A stretch of 64,000 nt of DNA, taken from NCBI GenBank assembly GCA_963805265.1, contig CAWDTJ010000004.1, positions 195,355-259,354 of the forward strand. Direction: 5' to 3'. How positions within the stretch are numbered: the first letter of the stretch is position 1; each line of letters starts with the position of its first letter. A program made the position numbers and the translations under genes. The notes beneath the pieces were generated by a model. It was not told where the DNA came from, ran no database searches, and saw nothing but the letters and a program-made list of their open reading frames with translations. Positions 59,134 to 64,000 of the stretch are shown piece by piece. Source of the stretch: an uncultured Actinomycetes bacterium. GTDB lineage: Bacteria > Actinomycetota > Thermoleophilia > Gaiellales > Gaiellaceae.

Positions 59134-60654
59134 ATGTCTGCGGCAGCGAGCGGCCTCGATGATCTGAAGCGCGAACTGGGCGAGCTCAAGGATTTCGACC
59201 GGATCGCAGCGCTCCTGGCCTGGGATCAGCAGGTGATGATGCCGCCGGGCGGCGCCGCCGCTCGAGCCGATCAGCTCTCGACGCTGGGCCGCCTGATCCA
59301 CGAGCGGGCCACCTCGCCCAGGCTGGGGAAGCTGCTCGACGCGGCCGAGCCGGTTGCCGCGGCGCTCGATCCCGACTCCGATGACGCCCGGCTGGTCAAG
59401 GTCGCACGCTACGAGTTCGAGAAGGAAGTGAAGGTCCCCGACGACTTGCGCGCCGCGCTGACGCGAACCGCATCCGAGTCGTACCCGGTCTGGGTGGAGG
59501 CGCGGCAGAAGAACGACTTCGCCCGCTTCCTGCCGTGCCTGGAGAAGACGATCGAGTTGAGACGGCGCTACATCGAGTGCATGGCCGCCGAGACGGAGCC
59601 CTATGACGCGCTGCTCGACGATTTCGAGCAGGGAATGACCGCGGCCGAGATCCGGACCGTCTTCGCCCGTCTGAAAGAGGTGCTGATCCCGCTCGTACGC
59701 GCCGTGGGCTCGTCCGACGCCGTCGACGATACGCCGCTGCGCCGGCGGCTCCCGGTCGTCGGATTACGGGAGATCGAGCGCAGGGTGCTCGCCGCTGCGG
59801 GCTTCGACAGCAATGCCTTTCGCCTCGACACGACAGTTCACCCCTTCGAGACCGCGCTCGGTACCTCCGATATCCGTCTCTCCACGCGCTACGAGGTCGA
59901 CGGGCTGGAGAGCCTGTTCTCGAGCATGCACGAGTTCGGGCACGGCCTCTACGAGCACCAGATCGCGCCCGAGCTCGACTCGGGCATCCTCGCCCGCGGC
60001 GCCTCGCTGGGCTGGCACGAGTCGCAGAGCCTGCTCTGGGAGAACCTGATCGGGCGCAGTCTCCACTTCTGGCAGCGGTTCGCGTCCGATCTGACGGAGA
60101 TCTTCCCGGACCAGGTCGGCTCGCTCGACGGTCACCGGGTCTACGCGATGGTGAACAAGGTTCGCCCGGACTTCATCCGCGTCGAGTCCGACGAGACGAC
60201 CTACAGCCTGCACGTGATCCTGCGCTTCGAGCTGGAGCAGGAGATGCTCTCGGGCGAGCTGGCGCTGAGCGAGCTGCCCACCGCCTGGAACCAGCGCATG
60301 CACGACTACCTCGGTGTCGAGGTGCCCGACGATCGGCTGGGTGTGCTCCAGGACGTTCACTGGTCGCAGGGATCGCTCGGTTACTTCCCCACCTATTCGC
60401 TCGGTCACCTGCGCGCCTCGCAGCTCTGGCAGCGCATCGTCAGCGAACTGCCCGACCTTCACGAAGAAGTCGGTCGCGGCGAGTTCGCCACTCTGCGCGA
60501 GTGGTTGCGCGAGAACGTGCATCGGCACGGCATGAAGTTCACGGCCGCGGAGTTGCAGGAACGAGTGCTGGGCGGTCCGATCGATCCCGAGCCCTTCATC
60601 GATCGTCTGCGCGAGAAGCTGGCCGGTATCTACGGCCAAGCGCTCATTCCATGA
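59134..60654 (+). CDS. M32-family (Taq-type) carboxypeptidase
   Basis: Contains the HEFGHGLYE zinc motif, LAWDQQVMMP and HWSQGSLGYFPTYSLG. The ATG at 59134 was chosen because the upstream part of the track ORF overlaps rsmB. Confidence 0.9.
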   Translation: MSAAASGLDDLKRELGELKDFDRIAALLAWDQQVMMPPGGAAARADQLSTLGRLIHERATSPRLGKLLDAAEPVAAALDPDSDDARLVKVARYEFEKEVKVPDDLRAALTRTASESYPVWVEARQKNDFARFLPCLEKTIELRRRYIECMAAETEPYDALLDDFEQGMTAAEIRTVFARLKEVLIPLVRAVGSSDAVDDTPLRRRLPVVGLREIERRVLAAAGFDSNAFRLDTTVHPFETALGTSDIRLSTRYEVDGLESLFSSMHEFGHGLYEHQIAPELDSGILARGASLGWHESQSLLWENLIGRSLHFWQRFASDLTEIFPDQVGSLDGHRVYAMVNKVRPDFIRVESDETTYSLHVILRFELEQEMLSGELALSELPTAWNQRMHDYLGVEVPDDRLGVLQDVHWSQGSLGYFPTYSLGHLRASQLWQRIVSELPDLHEEVGRGEFATLREWLRENVHRHGMKFTAAELQERVLGGPIDPEPFIDRLREKLAGIYGQALIP

Positions 60655-60684
60655 TCCGCTCTGAGTACCTCTAAGATCCAGGCC

Positions 60685-61371
60685 ATGTCCTGGAAGGAGT
60701 GGATGCGCAGCGCCGAGATCGAGCCGTCGATCTACGCGGCCGACTTCTCCTGTCTTGGCGAGCAGCTCGAGATTCTGCTGCGAGGCGGTGTTCGCATCTT
60801 TCAGTTCGACGTCGGTGACGGACAGTTCGTGGCGCCGATCACAATGGGGCCGATCGTGCTGCAATCGATCGCGCCGGTAGTGCACGCGGCCGGCGGCGTG
60901 ATCGACTGCCACCTGATGATCGTCGATCCCCAGCGCCACTTCGCCGCCCTCGCCGAAGCCGGCGGCGACAGTGTCACCGTCCACTACGAGGTCGTCGGTG
61001 ATCGCCTGAAAGACGTCGTCGCCCAGGCGCGCGAGCACGGTCTCGAGGTCGGGTTGGCCTTCAACCCCGAGACGCGCGTGGCGACCGCGGCGACCGCCGC
61101 GATGGCGGCCGGCGTCGATCTCGTCCTCTGCATGAGCATCCAGCCCGGCTACTCGGGGCAGGAGTTCATGCCCGAGGCGATCGACCGCATCCGCGAGCTG
61201 CGCGAGCTCCTGCCGCCAGAAATACCGATCCAGGTCGACGGCGGTATCGGCCCCGACACAATCCGTCAGGCCTACGACGCGGGCGCCAGGCTGTTCGTCG
61301 CGGGCTCGAGCGTCTTCGGCCGCGAGGACATCGTGCGGGCCTATCGACGGCTGGTTACGGCGCTGGCCTGA
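60685..61371 (+). CDS. rpe: Ribulose-phosphate 3-epimerase
   Basis: Contains FDVGDGQFV, DCHLMI, the MSIQPGYSGQ pattern and VDGGI. Confidence 0.9.
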   Translation: MSWKEWMRSAEIEPSIYAADFSCLGEQLEILLRGGVRIFQFDVGDGQFVAPITMGPIVLQSIAPVVHAAGGVIDCHLMIVDPQRHFAALAEAGGDSVTVHYEVVGDRLKDVVAQAREHGLEVGLAFNPETRVATAATAAMAAGVDLVLCMSIQPGYSGQEFMPEAIDRIRELRELLPPEIPIQVDGGIGPDTIRQAYDAGARLFVAGSSVFGREDIVRAYRRLVTALA

Positions 61372-61385
61372 GGAGCGCTGCCACG

Positions 61386-62360
61386 GTGACCCTGAACCCG
61401 GATGAGGAACGGCTGATCGAGCGGGCGCTCGATCTGGCCGAGCGCGGGCGTGGACAGACCCGTCCGAATCCCGTCGTAGGCGCGCTGGTCGTGAAAGAGG
61501 GCGAGGTGGTGGGGGAGGGCTGGCACGAGCGAGCGGGCGGACCTCATGCGGAAATCGTTGCGCTGGAACGCGCCGGCGACCGTGCCCGCGGAGCGACGAT
61601 GATCGTAACGCTCGAGCCCTGTTGCTTCACAGGCCTCACAGGCCCCTGTAGCGAGCGCATCATCGAGGCGGGCATCGCGCGCGTCGTCGTCGCGAGCGAA
61701 GATCCGAACCCCAAGGTCTCGGGGCGCGGACTGGCCAGGCTGCGCGAGGCCGGACTGACGGTCGAAGTGGCGGCAGGCGAGATCGCCTTCCGCGCCCGCC
61801 GACAGAACGAGGCCTGGCGAACGTGGATCGCCGCCGGACGCCCGTTCGTCACCTACAAGGTGGCGGCCACGTTGGATGGGCGCGTAACGCTGCCCGGCTC
61901 GCGCTGGCTGTCTGGCGAGGCCTCGCGCCGCTTCGTGCACGAGCTGCGAGCGCAGGTCGACGCGGTCGCCGTCGGAATGGGCACCGTCTTGGCCGACTCT
62001 CCTCGGCTCGACGCGCGCGACGTCGGCGCGCGGCGCCAACCGCGGCGACTGGCATTCGGCAAAAGGCCGCTACCGAAGGGATCCGAGCTAGAGCTCCGCT
62101 CCGGCCCGATCGCCGAGGAGCTCGCGGCGCTCGGGCAGGAAGGCGTGCAGTCGCTGCTGCTCGAAGGCGGGCCGACGCTGGCCACGGCCTTCGTCGAATC
62201 CGATCTGGTCGACAAAGTGCTCCTGTTCGTGACTCCGCATCTCGTCGGCGACGGGCCCAAGCTGTTCGGCGAGCTGAGTCACTCACTGCGGCTCTCGCAC
62301 GTGAGCACCGAGAACATCGGAGAAGACGTGCTAGTCAGCGCTTACGTTCACGAACCCTGA
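61386..62360 (+). CDS. ribD: Bifunctional riboflavin-biosynthesis deaminase/reductase
   Basis: Contains NPVVGALVV, HAEIVAL, TLEPC....PC and DPNPKVSGRG, with a reductase half carrying YKVAATLDGR. Confidence 0.9.
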   Translation: MTLNPDEERLIERALDLAERGRGQTRPNPVVGALVVKEGEVVGEGWHERAGGPHAEIVALERAGDRARGATMIVTLEPCCFTGLTGPCSERIIEAGIARVVVASEDPNPKVSGRGLARLREAGLTVEVAAGEIAFRARRQNEAWRTWIAAGRPFVTYKVAATLDGRVTLPGSRWLSGEASRRFVHELRAQVDAVAVGMGTVLADSPRLDARDVGARRQPRRLAFGKRPLPKGSELELRSGPIAEELAALGQEGVQSLLLEGGPTLATAFVESDLVDKVLLFVTPHLVGDGPKLFGELSHSLRLSHVSTENIGEDVLVSAYVHEP

Positions 62361-62618
62361 GCTCGAGCCAATCTCGCCCGATCTGAAGACAAATCGAGGG
62401 CGCTCGCTCTCGGCGTCGCAGTCCAGAATCGATACGAAGCCGGCACATTCACCGGAGTACTTTCTCGCTACCGTTCCACGTTGGGGGAGGAGGGTGGAGT
62501 AGAGCGGCGCCTCTACCCCGCACCGCGGCCGGGTGGCGCCTGCGCTCGATCGGCAAGATGTCGTGTTGGCGAGCGCAGCCCTATTCATCTGAGTTCTCGG
62601 CATGGAGCGTGCGAGAGT

Positions 62619-62646
62619 CGGGCCGCGATACTTGTCTCGCGGCCCG
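62619..62646 (-). terminator. Stem-loop ~35 nt downstream of the minus-strand XRE-TPR gene
   Basis: CGGGCCGCGA (62619-62628) pairs perfectly with TCGCGGCCCG (62637-62646). Confidence 0.5.
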
Positions 62647-62679
62647 CTCGTCGCGGCGGCTGTCTTGGGGGTTTACCTG

Positions 62680-64000
62680 TCAGCTCGACGGACGCAGCGT
62701 GCGCGGACGCGCTTGCTTCTCGAGTTGCTCGGCTCGAGCAACCAGCTCGGCCGCTTCATCGCGGCGATCCTGGTCGCCTACGAGCGACGCCCAGGCGCTG
62801 CAGAACCGGCTCGCCTCAGCGAACTGGCTGTCCTCTTCGAGCAGGTCTACCGCCCGAGCGAAGAGCGGCTCGGCGCCCGTCGCGTCCTTTCTGAGAACAC
62901 ACGCAAGGGCCAAGGCGCCAACTGCTCCGCCCTGCTCGCGCGGGCTCTGCTCGAGGAGAGCGAGTGCCTTGCTCGCGAGCCGCTCGGCCTCGCCCGCGTC
63001 GCCGAGCTCGGCGACGCAGATGGCCTGGTCGGTCACGAACAGACCGAGGTCGTCGCTCCTCCCGGCGTGCTCGAGGATGCTCACGCAGTTGTCCAGAAGA
63101 CCGCGAGCCTCCTCGAAGCGACCGTCGATAACGAGGATCTGGCCGTAGGTGCCTTCTGCTTTGGCCAGCGCGAGGGCGTCCTCGTCCGCCTCGAGCAACG
63201 CGATCGCTCGTCGCATGTGATCGAGCGCAGCGGGAGTCTCGCCGGACATCGCGGCGATACGCGCCAGTGTCCAGTAGTTCGAAACCTGAGCACGTCGATC
63301 GCAGTCGTCGCCGTGCTCTTCCATCGCCTTCTCGAGTACCGCTCGCGCCTCCTCGAAGCGCCCGGCGTCGGTCAGTGCGTAGCTGAGGTGAATTGCGAAG
63401 CGCATGTAAGCGCCGACGTACTCGGCTGCGTGCTCGCGCACGAAGTCGAGTGCCGTCTCGAGCACCCGGATGCTCTCCGTGACATGCCCGGCGGCGCTGT
63501 GCGCGCGTGCGAGGGCGAGGTAGACGTCGGGTCGCAGGGCCGGGGTGATGGTCGAGGAAGCGATCGCTTCCTCGAGTAGTGGGATGGCTTCGGCGTGGGA
63601 GGACGTTGCACTGAGCGCGATGCCGAGCGCGGCCACGGCTCGCGCCGTGATCAGCGGGTCGCCAAGGCCACGTGCCTCGGAGATGAGGCCACGCAGACTC
63701 TCTGCCGTCGCCTCCGGTCGGGTTCCGATGCGCAGCTCAAGCTCGGCATCGGCGATTCGTAGCTCGAGATCGCCGCGCGGTCCAAGCTGCCGGCCGGTCT
63801 CGAGGTATTCGGGGGTTACGTCGAGCTTTTTTGCGAGTGCTCGGATCGCTCGTACCGACGGGCGCCGCAGGCCCGCCTCTATGCGTGAGATGTGTGCAGT
63901 CGTCAGGCCTGGGCCTGAAATCGACTGCTGCGAGAAGCCTCGCTCTTTTCGGAGCCGCCGCAGTCGCTCGCCGAGCGTCTCTGTCGGCTCTCTCTTCGGG
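62680..64000 (-). CDS. XRE-family HTH regulator fused to a TPR-like repeat domain; 5' end lies outside the window
   Basis: The frame stays open upstream of the track start to the window edge. The HTH reads LGERLRRLRKERGFSQQSISGPGLTTAHISRIEAGLRRPS, followed by Ala/Leu/Glu-rich TPR-like repeats. Confidence 0.8.
   Translation of the reverse strand, partial: PKREPTETLGERLRRLRKERGFSQQSISGPGLTTAHISRIEAGLRRPSVRAIRALAKKLDVTPEYLETGRQLGPRGDLELRIADAELELRIGTRPEATAESLRGLISEARGLGDPLITARAVAALGIALSATSSHAEAIPLLEEAIASSTITPALRPDVYLALARAHSAAGHVTESIRVLETALDFVREHAAEYVGAYMRFAIHLSYALTDAGRFEEARAVLEKAMEEHGDDCDRRAQVSNYWTLARIAAMSGETPAALDHMRRAIALLEADEDALALAKAEGTYGQILVIDGRFEEARGLLDNCVSILEHAGRSDDLGLFVTDQAICVAELGDAGEAERLASKALALLEQSPREQGGAVGALALACVLRKDATGAEPLFARAVDLLEEDSQFAEASRFCSAWASLVGDQDRRDEAAELVARAEQLEKQARPRTLRPSS

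Noticed and set aside
62361-62618. ~260-nt spacer after ribD, examined for an FMN riboswitch or small gene
   Set aside because: It lies downstream rather than upstream of the rib gene. No FMN-element core was recognised. ORFs 62331..62603 (-) and 62481..62894 (+) have shadow-like composition.

Overview
High-GC (about 70% by eye) chromosomal segment. Gene content and order point to an actinobacterium, possibly a deep-branching Thermoleophilia/Rubrobacteria-like lineage (inference). Most of the window is core housekeeping: rpoD/sigA, lhr, parA-like, ftsZ, dnaE, lgt, scpA-scpB-rluB, trpS, tyrA-aroA-cmk-plsC-der-gpsA and metK-priA-def-fmt-rsmB-M32 peptidase-rpe-ribD. Three kinds of accessory material interrupt it. 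(1) A minus-strand locus of secreted and surface proteins (6.4-11.4 kb) holds a degenerate HYR/Ig-repeat adhesin and three paralogous proline-rich membrane-anchored proteins. (2) A stress/regulatory patch (12.8-19.3 kb) holds HxlR, VOC, OsmC, PLD, SnoaL and an ECF sigma/anti-sigma pair. (3) A small AT-rich island carries an FkbM-type methyltransferase (42.1-43.2 kb). The most unusual arrangement is a ParA-like ATPase gene that overlaps, and looks translationally coupled to, an ftsZ with a ~140-aa proline-rich N-terminal extension. A 16-TM membrane protein built from four internal repeats follows it. No rRNA, tRNA, CRISPR array, transposase or integrase was recognised. At least 25 reading-frame breaks occur, including in conserved genes (fmt, priA, rsmB, ggt), so the sequence either carries indel errors or contains many pseudogenes. 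This limits confidence in all exact CDS boundaries. Many long Arg/Pro/Ala-rich ORFs in the six-frame track are antisense or off-frame shadows typical of high-GC DNA and were ignored.
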